64,000 nucleotides of DNA from Lingula anatina (GCA_051362555.1 CM120642.1:16492001-16556000), one strand, 5' to 3'; shown: positions 1 to 13,429, counted from the stretch's first letter. The notes: a model not told the origin generated them from the letters alone. Translations and numbers: made by a program.

Positions 1-36
1 AAAAGTCTCTCTGTCAATCTGGTCTCTGTTTTCCAG

Positions 37-1283
37 TCATCCCTCCCAGCACTGCCAGGAACATGGACATGCAGCTGGAGGTCCATAGTCCTGATAGGCC
101 AGGCAATATGAATGGGCAGACCAGGCCACAACATATGCTGTGGGAGGACTCCTCTGATACTGACCATACCCCTGACCCGTACAGGTGAGATGATATGAAA
201 TGGACCACATCCATGACCTTTATAGGTGTGATAATAAGGCATTGACCTTACATGTACCCCTGACCCTCACAGATGTGATAAATAAATATGAAGCTGACCA
301 TGCTCTTGTCCCTCATAGCAGTGATAATATAATACAGACCATGTCTGTCCCTCACAGCAGTGATAATATGGCACTGAACTTGTCCCTGTCCCTCACATCT
401 TAATTAAGTAATGTGATACTGACCATACCCTGTCCCTCACAGCTTTGATAATGTGATACTGACCATACCCCTGTCCCTCACAGCTTTGATAATGTGATAC
501 TGACCATACCCCTGTCCCTCACAGCTTTGATAATGTGATACTGACCATACCCCTGTCCCTCACAGCTTTGACAATGTGATACTGACCATACCCCTGTTCC
601 TTATAGCTGTGAAAATGATAATGATAATTAGATTGACCATGTCCTGTTATGAGGAAACAAGCTTTTAAAAGTTTTTTTTTTTTTTTTTGAAAAATGAAAA
701 TAAATTAGTTTGTTTAGTTTTTTCTTTATTTAAAGATACTATAATACTTGTACATGTATCACCTGTCTAGTACTTGTACTTAGTATCTGTCCTAAATTGT
801 ATTTTAATTTTTATAGATGTTTTGGTTTTGTTACTTTGAATTTGGCTCTCCTATAACTAGGTGAACTATATATTATTTATATATTTATTAATAATTATTA
901 TATTTGCCAGTATATATTTATGTCTCAGGCTACCTGCCTGTCTGTCTGTTACTTATTATCAACCATTTTTGCTCAATCAACAGAATTTTGTTTATAATTT
1001 TTATCATAAATAATTAGGGTTGTTTGTTTGTTTGTTTGTTTCATGTCCAATATATAGTATGCTGTTATTGTTTTAAGTAAAGCCAAAATAGATACTCACG
1101 CTATACCAAAATATGTTATTGTAAATACTGTGTTTGACATAAACACACTATTAGTGAAAAATGGACAGGATTATAACAATCAGCATGTGAAGGTAAACAT
1201 TAAGTCCCAGTAACTTATATAACAGTAACCTGGCTGCTTATCTTATCTCTGTGCACCATATCTAGGTACAGGACAAACATCTA

Positions 1284-1330
<47 letters not shown>

Positions 1331-4300
1331 GGCGCACATGTGAGAGTGTGCACATATGCACGCACACATACCTGCATACTTGAAAGTGAAATAAATGGTT
1401 TTATTTCGTTTGTTTAGTTCTGTGTTTGAAAAAATGCTATGAGATGAGCAAGAAAGTGTATAATCAAGCTGACAAATTAGCAAATATACAAGGTTCCATG
1501 TTTTCATGGTAAGCCTTATCTTTTAAGTGCCCTTCACATATAAAACAATTATATTGCATGAAAATTTGTAATGTAGTATAACATCAAATCATTGTGCAGA
1601 AAGGCTCTAAATTACAAGAAAGGGCAATAATTGAGTTTCATTCCCTTTTTGTCGAGTTAAAACATTGATCTAACATGTGTATTAGTGATTTGGTTATAGT
1701 ACAGTACAAGATGAAACTGCAGTTGGCATGAAGAAAATATATTCTGTTTGATAAAAGACTTAAAAGCTCATCATTTTGGATTAATTTACACCTGTGAAGT
1801 TTTGCTTTAACTTTCAATATGTTTCATATGTTTATACTTAGATGAGTCATTTATTGATGCTTCCTTATCACTTTATCAGGACTATCCCATCCGAGCCAGT
1901 ACAAATACACACGTTATAATTAGATACTTTCTATATCCACAAATGACTGGTTTGATATGTATTTACTTCCTGCAGACAACTCATATTATAATAGCTTCCT
2001 TATCTGATCTCCTGACTATTTTAACCAGGTCAGTACAAATATACAGTACTTCATGGAGCACGAAGGGTGAGTGTGTTTCTGTGCATGTGCATATGTATAC
2101 CTGTATATGTACAGGTACATACGTGTACGTGTAGTTGAGTGAATGCCTGCATATGTGTGCAACATGCATATGCCCTGTATCTGAGTTTGTAAATACACAT
2201 TTACATGTATCTTCACAAACACAAAAATACAAATGAATGTTTTCAAGCAGACATCAGTGAAGGAAGGCATAGTGTCTATGCATACTAATGTGTCCACTGT
2301 ATTTGGGCCACGGGTGTTCATGGACTGACTACGTGTACAGTACCTATGAACCTTGATATGAGACATGACTTGTACATATGAGGAGAACAATCCAGTACAA
2401 AGTGGGTTACTTTGTCTCATACTTATCTGAATATATGGGACGTGGTGTTTATAGTACATGGTGGTGATGGTCTTTTGACCTTTTGTAGGTTACGGAGCAG
2501 TCACACATTCCAACAGCCCTCTTCAAGTGGGACGTTAAGTACTACAGAGCAGGAGTCCTCAGTGTTATATGCTGCGCCAAGGGGGAGGATGAAGAGATAT
2601 GTGAGTGTTACAGGATATCAGATGCCTGTCTTATAGCTGTATCTTATATCTGCTGTGATTTCAGGTTTAAATGATTTGATATATACTGTTTATGTACTGT
2701 ATATCTGTTTAAATGCATACAGCAAGAAGAAACTGGGAAGTACATGTATGTACAGTAATGATTGTTGTGTGTCATGATCGTGATCTTAATCCTTAATGTC
2801 CTACCGGTAGTTAAAGCAAGGGTTTATACTAACTCCTTGGTTAAATGAGTGTATGCCAGTGATGTGAGAGTATTGTGCAACATAAATTATTGATGACAGC
2901 TAGCTTTCATGGTTGTATTAGCTACAGTGAACAAGAGTCTGAAGTTGATAAATCTTCAGTGTCAGTACCTGTTGTACTAGTACTTGTTTCATTGTTTATA
3001 AAACAATGACAGTAATCCAAACTGGTTTTGTACTGTTTCCAGTAAGGTATAAAATAAGTGTGTGTGGTTGTTAATTTTCAGACCAGCCCCCAGCGTAGGT
3101 CAGGCCTGGACACCATTCACGACCAGACGCCTAGCCTCTCCAATGGATCACATGGTAAGTCACATGATACATGTCTGCTGTTTGTGAGTGCACTCTCATA
3201 AAACTTTGAAAAAGTATGGTTAGAAAAAATTTTGATGATTGAAAAAAACAGAAGATAAAAAATTTGGCACTGCCTTATATAAACATTATATAGTGTGGAA
3301 ATGAAGGGGAGAGTGTGCATAATTATGTAGTGCATGTGCGTGCACTTACACATGCGCATGTGTGTGTGTGTGATTGTGTAAAAGAGAAAAATCATACTCT
3401 TTGAACTGCATTTGTTTAGTAGTTGTTTTCCTCCAATTTTGTCCCTATAAATCTTAGTGTATTATATCATCTATCCTGACTGTGCAAACTGTGTGTAACA
3501 CCTGTATGTATATAAAGCCCAGTAAATAATTATTGTTTAATGTTCCATTTCTGTCCCTCATAGTCAGCGGCATAGTAAACCCTAGCTATAACCTGGACAT
3601 AGAGAACAACCTGGACAGGTCAGGGGCAGGGGTCACCATGAAGGGCAAGGATGTCTCTGCTGGACCTCTAAATGGAGGACCACGACCACAGGTAATACTT
3701 GTATGCTCTATTTTAGGTGACACACTTGTTTATTTCTGGGCAGAGATATATCACTACACCCTCTTTACGTATATTGGTAAGATGTGGGCATTGCATGGAT
3801 TTTGTTCAAGTTACTGTACCAAAGGAGTGTAGTGGAGAACCTATATAATATTGAGTGTACCACCATGGCTTGACTTATATTGAAATTAATTATCAGGAAC
3901 ATTTTTTACATATTTTTATCAGTTCTTCTTTGATTTAGCCAATCTACAACTTATTTCATCGAATAAAGTAATGATAATTACTAGAGGGTGACCAATATTT
4001 CATAAACTTTTTCCCAAATTACCATACTAAGCAGGTTGAGAAGGTGGATTTAATGCTATCTTCATTCTCACAAAATATGGGAATTAGTCAATACATTTTA
4101 TATCATTAAATTTCAGGGTAGAATATTTTTGCATTATTATTACTATTTAGTATTGATTTCATTTTTTTTTTTTATTAAAAAATAAAATGTTGCAAAAAGT
4201 ATTTCTTATAGTGTACATATTTGAATTACAGGGTGAATATACAACGAAGAAGAAGAATCGTAAAATGCGTAGTGACAGTGCAGCTGCTATAGCAGCAGAG

Positions 4301-4396
4301 CGCAATCGCAGGACCACACTTTTGGCAGAAAACGACACAGAATCATTGATCAACAATGAGTCAGTGGTTGTGTATGATGAAAGAACAGCACTTTGA
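37..4396 (+). CDS. 3' part of an unidentified multi-exon gene; probably the cytoplasmic tail of a membrane protein (NPxY motif, C-terminal class I PDZ-binding motif)
   Basis: Phase-consistent GT-AG exon chain 37-184, 2489-2600, 3082-3154, 3564-3691, 4232-4396 (TGA). Reads ..IPPSTARNMDMQLEV..DHTPDPYR/LRSSHTF..LYAAPRGRMKRY/TSPQRRSG..GSH/VSGIVNPSYNLD..PRPQ/GEYTTKKKNRK..VVYDERTAL*. A long AT-rich 3' UTR follows, with AATAAA near 6065. The 5' part lies outside the window. Confidence 0.75.
156..650. repeat. ~41-bp minisatellite (TGTGATACTGACCATACCCCTGTCCCTCACAGCTTTGATAA), degenerate towards both ends
   Basis: About 5 near-identical units at ~411-610, with degenerate units extending back to ~156. 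Confidence 0.9.
1287..1327. repeat. (CA)n microsatellite
   Basis: Direct reading. Confidence 0.95.
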
Positions 4397-7177
4397 AATG
4401 TGAAAGGATGCTAAAAGTTAAAACAATATTTTAAATCTCTCTCGTTTTCTCTTCCTCTCTCAATATATATAATACTAATACAGTACATTTATATCTATAT
4501 TTATCTATATAATATATAGCATTACATATGCTCATTGATGTATGCAGATAATCTTGCCATAGGCATATAAGTAATATAGAAGTCAAAGCTGGTTCTTTTT
4601 ACATGATTGCTTTTTTATGCTTTAATGCTTTAAGTCTCTCTGCATATATCTGCATGTGTGTGGATATGTGCATGGGTGCATGTATGTTTGTGTGTGTGTG
4701 TGTGTGTCATACTGATACTTGAACTATGCATTAGGGAAATACTACTAGATATATGGACAGTTATTGTCCAAGGCCATTTCTGTACAGAAAACTGTAAAAT
4801 GCCTGTAACATTTACTTCTGAATCATTTTGATTGATGGATCTGATTACCAAGTTAATTGCCCTAAAAAGTGAAATATGAAAAAAATGTCCATGACAAAAT
4901 CTAGTCAAATTGAGCTTTATGTCTCTTTTATTAGTTACAATCAAAACTGATTTTATTTTTAGTGTTATTTCTTACTTATTAAGTTTACTTGGATGCATAT
5001 ATTTTTTCCAATGCGAGATGAAAAGATTGAGTTGTAGTCTAAGAACATAATTTAATCTTCCCTAGATATTAACTGTTTTAGCATGTGCAACTGTATAAGA
5101 TATTATATTATATTATTATTATAATAATCATGTGGGTGCTGTGGATTATTTTACACTTATCTTTGTATATCAAATGAACTTCACAAGATTTTATAATATA
5201 CCTTATGAGATCTGGGCTGTGCCCTTCCTCCTGTAATAATGTATAATCTTTATTATGATAGCCTACTTACAATCATGGTGATCTCCACATTACAAGCACA
5301 GGAGTGATAAAAAACATTGACATTTTGATGTAATACTCTTTGTATTTAAAAGAAGCTACTTAATTAAATGGGATTATGTATGAAAATTCTCCACTCTGGC
5401 TAGCTGTAATATAGTATAATGTAATGCTGACTGCTTGCTGGTTGAGGTTTATGACAATTATTATGACATACAGTACAATTTAGAACAATTCTTTTTGATT
5501 CTCTTTCATTTTTGTTGGGTGTTTCTATTTTTAGAAACTTTTGGGGTGTAAATTATTAATTTTCATATTTATTTGAGTTGCCAATACCGCAGGACTTTGT
5601 GATTGTCTCATAAGCAATATTCCATTTAAAATTTGCTGTGTATTTACCGTCCACACACTATCTTGCCAAAATAATTATTTGATGGTTTTGTCGTTTATCT
5701 GCTACTATGTGTCACTGCTGTGACACCTACAGGCTACTAGATGTTTTGGTCACATTCTATAATTCTAGGATTTTGTTGGATGTTATGATGATATGCGTGT
5801 AAAATTTACTGATACTTCAGTATAATTCTTTAATGCTACTTTATAAGATAATTCTTTTTGAGGCTGTAAAAATACTCTGACATCCATGTCTGACAAATGA
5901 TAATTTGAATTTCTGTATACTGTTATGTTTTTGTTTTAAATTTTGCTCTTCTATTGATTTCTGTTGCCTTCCTTAATATTATATTCCATCATGTGTAATT
6001 GTATGTAACTTTTATTATACAATGTTTATTATTAAAATTATTTTATTATACCCAGAAATCTAATAAATAAACTGGAATTTATGATTCTAAAAATGTATAT
6101 ATTATATATATTATTTATAAACGGTGTACATGTAGCTACTAGCAGTATTAAGTGCCAAGAGAAGTCCATTTGCAGCTAATGTCGAATTTATGCGTCTCAC
6201 GTTATCCGCGATTGTCACAGACGAGTAAATGTTAATGAAAGTGTGACCTCAGACAAGGTTACGGCTTGTCGCCTCCCTCATTTTTAATGAACAGACTTTT
6301 GTTAAACGCATTTAGCGATTTTTTTTTTGCTGACAACGTGACTTAACTCCACACTGCGATAGTATCATTCGTTAACTTTGTGCGAATGAAACTCCAAATG
6401 ATAGAGAAATGAAGAACGTGTAGATTACCTCACAGCGGTACGTACTATATCGCAGCAATGATTTTAGCAGGTAGGTGTAGTATGAGGGATACATGTATGT
6501 GAACGGGAAGAGGGCTGTCTTTTATGTAAGCGAGACTTGCAGTGAATTTGCCGAGAAAGACGCAACATACCGCTTACTTTCTGCTCTCTATAAAAATTTG
6601 TGTTCATTCCGCACTTCTAAATAATCCTGGTTCCATCTCGATATCTCAAAGAAAAATGCTTCTTCTACGCCTCCTTTCAAAAAGTTATACAACGTATATG
6701 TATGTCCAGATGGTAAAAAAACTCCAGTACAAGGGGTTGTTTGTCATTTTCGCTCTCTGCATTTGGGGTTTTTATTAAATTATTTAATATATCTCTGTGG
6801 TAAACACCCCCCTCTCTCTCTCGCTTGTAAACACGATTTCAAAAGGATCCTTTAAACCCCTAAATTTGCACAATAATTACAGGTTTAAAGGATGAACATT
6901 TTACAGGATGGACTTGTTTCCACTACTGGTAAAAATGTTGGTTTATTTGATATTACGCCTCTCTGAAACCCCCTCTCCATATTTTTGGTTTATTTGTTAT
7001 AGGTTTTATATTCAATACGTGAAATAAGCAAAAGTTGACATGTCTTAAATTATTGTTTACAACATTCGGTATGGCAATCAAATGTAATATGTGTCTTACC
7101 CATTTTCAGTGTTCTTTGTTTTTTATACAGAGCAGGGACAGGATATTTAAGGAAAAAGAGGGGGGAAAGGCAACGAG

Positions 7178-8320
7178 ATGTCAGCTAAAAGAGGTGATCA
7201 CCGTCAGCATTCCATTCGTTGTTTGCCTATATTCAAGGTTTTTAATTATGTCTTCGCATTTGCCTGTGGATTTACTGTTTCGTCGTGGCTTCTCGTGGTT
7301 TATCCAACCCATGTGCTTTACAGAGAGGAATGCCAAACGCCAACTCAGATGGTGACACTTACAGATACACAAATAACTCTAACACCAGAAAGACATTTTA
7401 GTGCAAGTGACACGCCTTCCTCATTGACGCCAACCCGGACAAGCACTGCAGCATCGATCCAGCGCCCTAGTGAAGCGTTTATCCTAGCTCGAGGTATGGG
7501 GGGACGTTTGGGTAACCAGATGTTTGAATATGCCACCGCGTACGCTTTAGCTTTATCAAACAACATGACTGTCAGGTTGCACGCCGACTTTTTTCGAGAC
7601 GTCATAAAAATCTTCAACTTAAAAGACAAAGCCTTAGACGTATCTAACTTTGATGATTACCCATTTGAAGAATACAAAGTGCTTCAGTGTGAGGCAGAGA
7701 CAACTTCTTATAACCCAAACTTTAAAAACATCAGTCGCACGAAAACCATGGTCCTTGGGTACTGTCAGTCGTGGATGTATTTTATCCACGTAAAAGAGCA
7801 AATCCGTAGAAGGTTTTCGTTCAGTAAATCTGTAATGAAAACGGCTACTAATTTCATCAAGCATGCTATTAAGGTGCACAAGATGGAGTCTCCCGTCGTC
7901 ATCGGGATCCACGTTCGAAGGGGAGACCACGTCAGTGACTGGGGGATGGAGTACGGCTACGTGGTACCAAATAGAACGTACTTCCAAAGAGCAATGTGGT
8001 ACTTTGATAAACGGTACATAAACACTCTCTACCTTATCATATCTGAGGACACAAACCAGACACCGACCTGGGCAGAAGTTAACATTGTCCACCCAAAACT
8101 ACTCCACGGCAGTAAACAGGCAGCTGAGGTGGACCTGGCCATTCTGTCTCTGTGTAACCACACCATCCTCAGTGCGGGGAGCTTTGGATGGTGGGGAGCG
8201 TTCCTTAATGGGGGAGAGGCCGTATACTTTAATCAGTGGCCGAGACCAGGGTCACAAGTATCTGCAGAAGTCAGAGGCAATGAGTATTTTTGTCCGTGGT
8301 GGATTGGAATGCCTAATTAA
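7178..8320 (+). CDS. Alpha-1,2-fucosyltransferase (GT11, FUT1/FUT2-like), type II Golgi membrane protein, single coding exon
   Basis: 380-aa ORF with an N-terminal TM segment (VFNYVFAFACGFTVSSWLLVVY), a Thr/Ser-rich stem and GT11 motifs GRLGNQMFEYA, GIHVRRGD and DLAILSLCNHTILSAGSFGWWGAFL. Splice acceptor tttatacag ends at 7130, upstream of the ATG; candidate 5'-UTR donor cag|gtaggt at ~6470. Confidence 0.95.
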   Translation: MSAKRGDHRQHSIRCLPIFKVFNYVFAFACGFTVSSWLLVVYPTHVLYREECQTPTQMVTLTDTQITLTPERHFSASDTPSSLTPTRTSTAASIQRPSEAFILARGMGGRLGNQMFEYATAYALALSNNMTVRLHADFFRDVIKIFNLKDKALDVSNFDDYPFEEYKVLQCEAETTSYNPNFKNISRTKTMVLGYCQSWMYFIHVKEQIRRRFSFSKSVMKTATNFIKHAIKVHKMESPVVIGIHVRRGDHVSDWGMEYGYVVPNRTYFQRAMWYFDKRYINTLYLIISEDTNQTPTWAEVNIVHPKLLHGSKQAAEVDLAILSLCNHTILSAGSFGWWGAFLNGGEAVYFNQWPRPGSQVSAEVRGNEYFCPWWIGMPN

Positions 8321-9191
8321 CCAAACTGTTTGTGAGATTTGGATTAGGAAATAATAGTGCTTAGTTCAACGGCTTTTCTCTAGATCTCAATGTCATGGAC
8401 GCTAATAACGTGTCGTCCATACATTTTCTGTTGACTTGCAGGGATAATTCTTTCGCAAAGGGGAGATCAAGATCAAGAACTTCTTGGGGGAATAGACTCC
8501 GCAACATCACCACAAACAGTTTTGCTATAGAATGAAATGTGATAATTGTGACAAACTGGCTTCTCTACCACATTGGTCTCTCGCTGACCGTCTTCATCAA
8601 CTGCCAAGGCAGTGCATATCTCGCCAAACACGCCTCTTCCTTCCCATTCTCTCTCTCTCTCTTGTTCTATTTAACATATTTATATATTAATTATCGTTTG
8701 TGAGCGATTTTAACATCTCAGTTAAACAACCTCTGCATATTTCAAAAAGAACCCAGACTCTGAGAGTTGAACAAACAGTTAAGTTGATAAAGATACGAAC
8801 TTAACTACTTAACACATCAAAATATAGTTATGATGTTATCATTTTAATTATTTGTCTCGTTCTTCAACTATAATATAGAAACCGCTGATACTGATGAGCT
8901 GACAGGAGATGACACCAAACGTTAGAACCTGGACGATGCAAAACTTAGTCCAAAAAGTCTGAAGTGTTAAATATAGGAGGTCTTCATTTCATTTTTGTTT
9001 GCATAAAATTAATATTATGATAACATAATATTAAACGTAATAATTTTTACGACTTCCACAACGATATACAATCTGATGACAAAAACGTGCTGCCGCCAGA
9101 CAACATTACAACATTAGGGGGTGGTCGCTGCTATGAATCGGTATATATAAAGGGCATTTTTTTCGAAATCTCTTATAAAATTACATTTTTA

Positions 9192-9560
9192 CATTACAGT
9201 GGCACCCAGTCAACACATTAAGTCGAGCTGAATAAATTCAGAGAGGGAAAAACACAAGCATACCATTGCCCGAAAAAATATGAAAAGGGCGGTGATTGCG
9301 GTGATATTTCTTTTAATTCTGCATCAGTATATGATTGTCTTTAACTGAATTTGAATCAATTTCAACTTTCATTTGAGATTCTATATATTTTGAGAAGGTA
9401 GCGATTGGATGTTTAATAAGCATGTTGTATGGGGTTTATCTATTTGTGGTAAAAGGGGGTATAAAAAAAGTCATAGCAAAACTGGAAAGATTAGAAAAAA
9501 GCGGTTGCCTTGCCGACTTGCGATCCAGGGTCCTTTGTCTTTCATTCAGTTGACCTACTA
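9192..9560. repeat. Dispersed repeat, truncated copy of the element at 23591-~24320
   Basis: CATTACAGTGGCACCCAGTCAAC...GATCCAGGGTCCTTTGTCT..CAGTTGACC is colinear and near-identical to 23591-23972. Confidence 0.85.
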
Positions 9561-9854
9561 ATAAAATAAATAAAATAAAATAATAAAATTAAAATCCTAC
9601 TAATAAGACATGTTGGAGAGCAAAAATGATGAATTCCTGTTTTTCAAATGTATTGTTATATGAGTAGTTGCCATGGGAATTGTTAAGTATGTTAAAAATA
9701 TGACAAACTTAGTCAAGAATGGATTTTTAAAATTTCCTAAGTATGAACACCTGCTAACCTAGGAAAATGCTACAGTTGTGCCTCTGCCTCATCAAGCACA
9801 ATGCTACATTAAGTTAGGTGTCATTTCTAACACATTTGCTTTCAGAAACCCACC

Positions 9855-10180
9855 AAAGCCAGCCACAGGAGGGTTCGGGGAGTTTGACAGAACCGCCCCT
9901 TTTGCTGGGAAAAGGTCCACTCTGGGTAAAATTTGATCTAGGTACATGAAGTTTTTATGGGAAAAGGTCCACTTTTTCACAAAAAGAACCCCCCTTTTGA
10001 AATTGCTGGCTACGGGCCTGGGATTTTGAAGAGTTGAATTTGAGATCTTACTGCACCAAATGGCACCTCTAAAACACCTTGCACCTGCAGCAATAGGGCA
10101 AGGGTTGGCTTCACTTCGGAGGCCTTTCATTCTTAAAAAAAAATGGAGCCCCCTTTCAAATAATCCTGCATCCGCCCTTG
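9855..10180. mobile_element. Cluster of MITE-like non-autonomous DNA element fragments
   Basis: Repeated GAAAAGGTCCAC, a terminus CTGGCTACGGGCCTG (10006-10020), and a second terminus TTTCAAATAATCCTGCATCCGCCCTTG that recurs at ~24943-24969. Confidence 0.6.
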
Positions 10181-10259
10181 CCCGGAATATTCCAAATATA
10201 TGTGAATGATAGCTAGTTCCTTCATGACAAGTAGATGAATTCTGTAATATCTTCTTCAG

Positions 10260-12690
10260 AGCATAAAAAGCAAGAAATACCAGTCCCGTGAGTCTTTCCT
10301 GGTGGACATCAACCAGATGGTGGAGAATAGCAAGCTGTACAATGATGGGTTAAGCATGTGCACACATGCACGCACACGTAATTAATACAGAAACTGGGAT
10401 TTAGGGCAGTGTGGTATTATAGCAGAATGCGTGGTATTTTAGTAGTAAATTGGCAAATTCATTTGAGAAAAAAAGAACTTACAAAATGAAACATTTCTAC
10501 ATTACTATCCCACAAAATGACTGTTGTTATGTCACTCCTAAAAAAGGCATTTTTTTGTGATATTTTGCTTTTTATTTCCAGGAGTAAGAAGTGTTCTGAC
10601 ATTAACTGCCCAGGCCATGTTGAATCTGTGCTTACAGAGGTTTGCAGAGGTGACCTGTTCATTTAATGTTGTTATTATGATGCATAAACTGTAAAGTAAC
10701 TGTGTTTTCAAGATAATAAAATTGAAGGCAGTGAATGAACTCAATTTTGTTTCTGCCATATCCAAAGACAAATCACAAGTCCAGATATATATATATATAT
10801 ATGGTATGCATTAAAAAAAATAAAGATTAATTGTCTGTACATCTGTTGACTTTATCTGACTAATTTCACTCTTGCAGAAAGAAGATAAGCTGATGAGGCT
10901 TGAGAAAGCCATCAACCCACTTCTAGATGATGATGACCAAGTGGCATTCTCCTTCATTCTAGAAAATATTGTCCAGACAAAACTCAAATTGGTGGATAAT
11001 GTAAGGATCATGTATTGATGTTTGAGGAGTAAAATCTCTCAGTTATTCTGTTTAACTGAAATCAAGAATTAATGCGCATAGGCCTGTATAACTGAAACTA
11101 AGAATAAGCATAAATATATAGCATAAGCATATAACTGTGTTACAGAAAACGAGAAAGTAATAGTACAGTAAGCATAGAACTGTATGTGGTACAGGAAAAC
11201 AAAAATAAGTATAAGGCTGAATGTCCCTTGATGGTTTAACCTGGCATGACTTGTTGGTTTGAAGTACTGTAATTTAGATAGTGCAATTGGAATAGAGAGA
11301 TTTCATAAGAAAGAATGATTACTAACATTGATTTTACAGTCTTGGCCCTTTCACCAGCCTGTAAACAAGAAGTTTGTCAAGGATTACTAAGAGATTGTGA
11401 AGAACCCCATGGACCTGAGCATGTTACTATGGAACATACAATGTCATAAGTACCACACGCGCAGCCAGTTCCAGGAGGACGTGGATCTTATTTATGTGAG
11501 CAGTATCAAGTATAATGGTGGCGATAGTGCATACACGGCCACAGCCAAACAGATATCTGATGTGTGCAGAGAAACTTTGGCAGAGGTGGGAACTTATTGC
11601 AGTAGTCAGCCATAATGTGACATGTAGATGTGCTTTTGAATTTCAAGTTTCTTGTAAATGAGAGAACAGTTTCATTAGCTGTGTATGTATCAATTTAAAT
11701 TATTGTTTTTCTTTTTATCAAGAGCTTATAAAATATGTTGATATATGACAGAAATATTGGAGGTAATATCCACATATTTTATAAGCTCTTGATAAAAAGA
11801 AAAACAATAATTTTAATTCAAGTTTCTTATTTTAAATTACTGTTATTATGATGATTGAGATGTTGATGGATACGAGTGAGTATCACTCTCAGGTAAAAAA
11901 AATCAAAATCTGGAATTTGACAGTTGGATTTTAGATTATAATATTCTCAGCAGTTCTAGAAAGGATATCTGGTTAAAGTAAGGGAATAGTTGAAACCCTA
12001 AAGATTTTTTTGTGTAAAAGTCTAACTCACAATGTATGCCTTTAACGTGAAAAAGATTGGTTTTGAATTCCAGCCAAATAGATAATGAGCTGTGGATCAG
12101 CAGGCCAGGCTTTGGTGAACCTCTATTTATTTTCAAATTTTGTTCTCAGAATGAAGAACACCTCCTTCAACTTGAGGAGGGGATTCGTGCAGCTCAAGAG
12201 GCAGCTTTGGATGCCGTGGAAACGGATAGTATCATGACCAGGTCTTCTATGAATGATACCTCTATGATGGGTAGGTAAATTTCATGATTAACAGTTCTTT
12301 TAGGACTGATACTTATTTGAAGAATTAGTTTATTGAATTTTTTTTCTAAGAAACACATAATTTGACATTATAGCACTTTGGTACTATATTTCAAAGGGCA
12401 AATCAAATAAGTCAAGAAATGTAGATTAATTTTTTGTTTTTAAGATTAAATTTGTTTTTGTTATGGCTTAGTATTGTGGACATATTGGAGTACGTCTATC
12501 CGTTTCTTGTGTCTGCTATAGGTGCGGACAATGAAAGTATAGATAGTTACAGTGTGAGAGAGAATATTACCATAGAAGGAGACAGTCATATGCAGGCAGA
12601 CGACAGCAAGTTTGAGATGATGGAAGAAGGAGAAGACCGCAAATTTGGAGATGAATCACAAATGCTGAGGGAGGAGAAGAAGGATCCAGG
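10260..12690 (+). pseudogene. TAF1: Partial, intron-containing duplicate of TAF1 (TFIID subunit 1): double-bromodomain region and start of the acidic tail
   Basis: Exons 10260-10344 (SIKSKKYQSRESFLVDINQMVENSKLYN), 10582-10649, 10878-11000 ([35 protein letters not shown]1 signature), 11340-11585 ([31 protein letters not shown]), 12150-12270, 12522-~12690. In-frame TAA at 11388-11390; the first donor reads AT rather than GT (10345-6); no upstream TAF1 exons are present. Confidence 0.9.
11698..11812. repeat. Inverted repeat (~42-bp arms) in a TAF1-fragment intron, MITE-like
   Basis: AATTATTGTTTTTCTTTTTATCAAGAGCTTATAAAATATGT ... ACATATTTTATAAGCTCTTGATAAAAAGAAAAACAATAATT. Confidence 0.85.
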
Positions 12691-12749
12691 AATAACAATC
12701 CACAGCCTTTTGATTTTGATGAGTTTTTGAATGACTGAAAAAGTGATAC

Positions 12750-12910
12750 AAATTGTAGAGTGATCTAAAGGAATTTTTTTCAAAGGTTACTAAAAAACAA
12801 CATTTTAAATTGTAGGGTGATCTAAAGGGATATTTTTCAAAGTTTACTTAAAAACAAAATTTTTAATTGTAGAGTGATCTAAAGGGATATTTTTCAAAGG
12901 ATACTTAAAA
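12750..12910. repeat. ~57-bp tandem repeat, 3 copies
   Basis: Unit AATTGTAGAGTGATCTAAAGGGATATTTTTCAAAG..TACTTAAAA is repeated three times. Confidence 0.85.
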
Positions 12911-13429
12911 TGATTATCATGCTGGAAAGAAATTCTGTAGCAATTGAAATTTCATAAATATAAGTATCATATCTTTAAAACTTTCTCATGTCAAATATTC
13001 AATCTGTAAACATATAACAAAAGGCTTTTTTTTATCAATCATTGTTCAAGATATGTTAGCAGAAAAAAATGTAAATAATATTTGTAATAAAAGAGTACAA
13101 AGCAGTCTGAAACATTTTCTGTGCCTGTACATAGTTTATTCTTTGACTGAAACAGAAAGTTGACTAAAAGAAAAATACTTTTTAAAAAATAATAATATAA
13201 AATAGGTATATTTATAACATCCTAATATTTGAAGCCCTTTAAATGTAGATGGAGACACTAGTTTAAATCTTAACAGTAAAAAACAGAAATGGAAAGTTTC
13301 AAAGCTGTATAAAAGCCATAATTTTCTCAACTGTTTTAATAGAGATAAAATTGCTAAAATTTCCAACAAAAAAATTCTCCCATTGCTATAAAAAATTGTT
13401 ACATGCCTTGAACAGACTGTCACTGAGTA

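Noticed and set aside
411-610. Regular repeats that might look like a CRISPR array
   Set aside because: Units are contiguous with no unique spacers, in a eukaryotic intron: a minisatellite.
1880-2066. Possible extra exon(s) of the first gene (acceptors at 1879, 1975, 2028; donor at 2067)
   Set aside because: None preserves the frame between exon 37-184 and exon 2489-2600; they hit stops or shift phase.
11388-11390. Programmed readthrough or recoding of the TAF1 stop
   Set aside because: It is TAA, accompanied by a broken donor and missing 5' exons; pseudogenisation is simpler.
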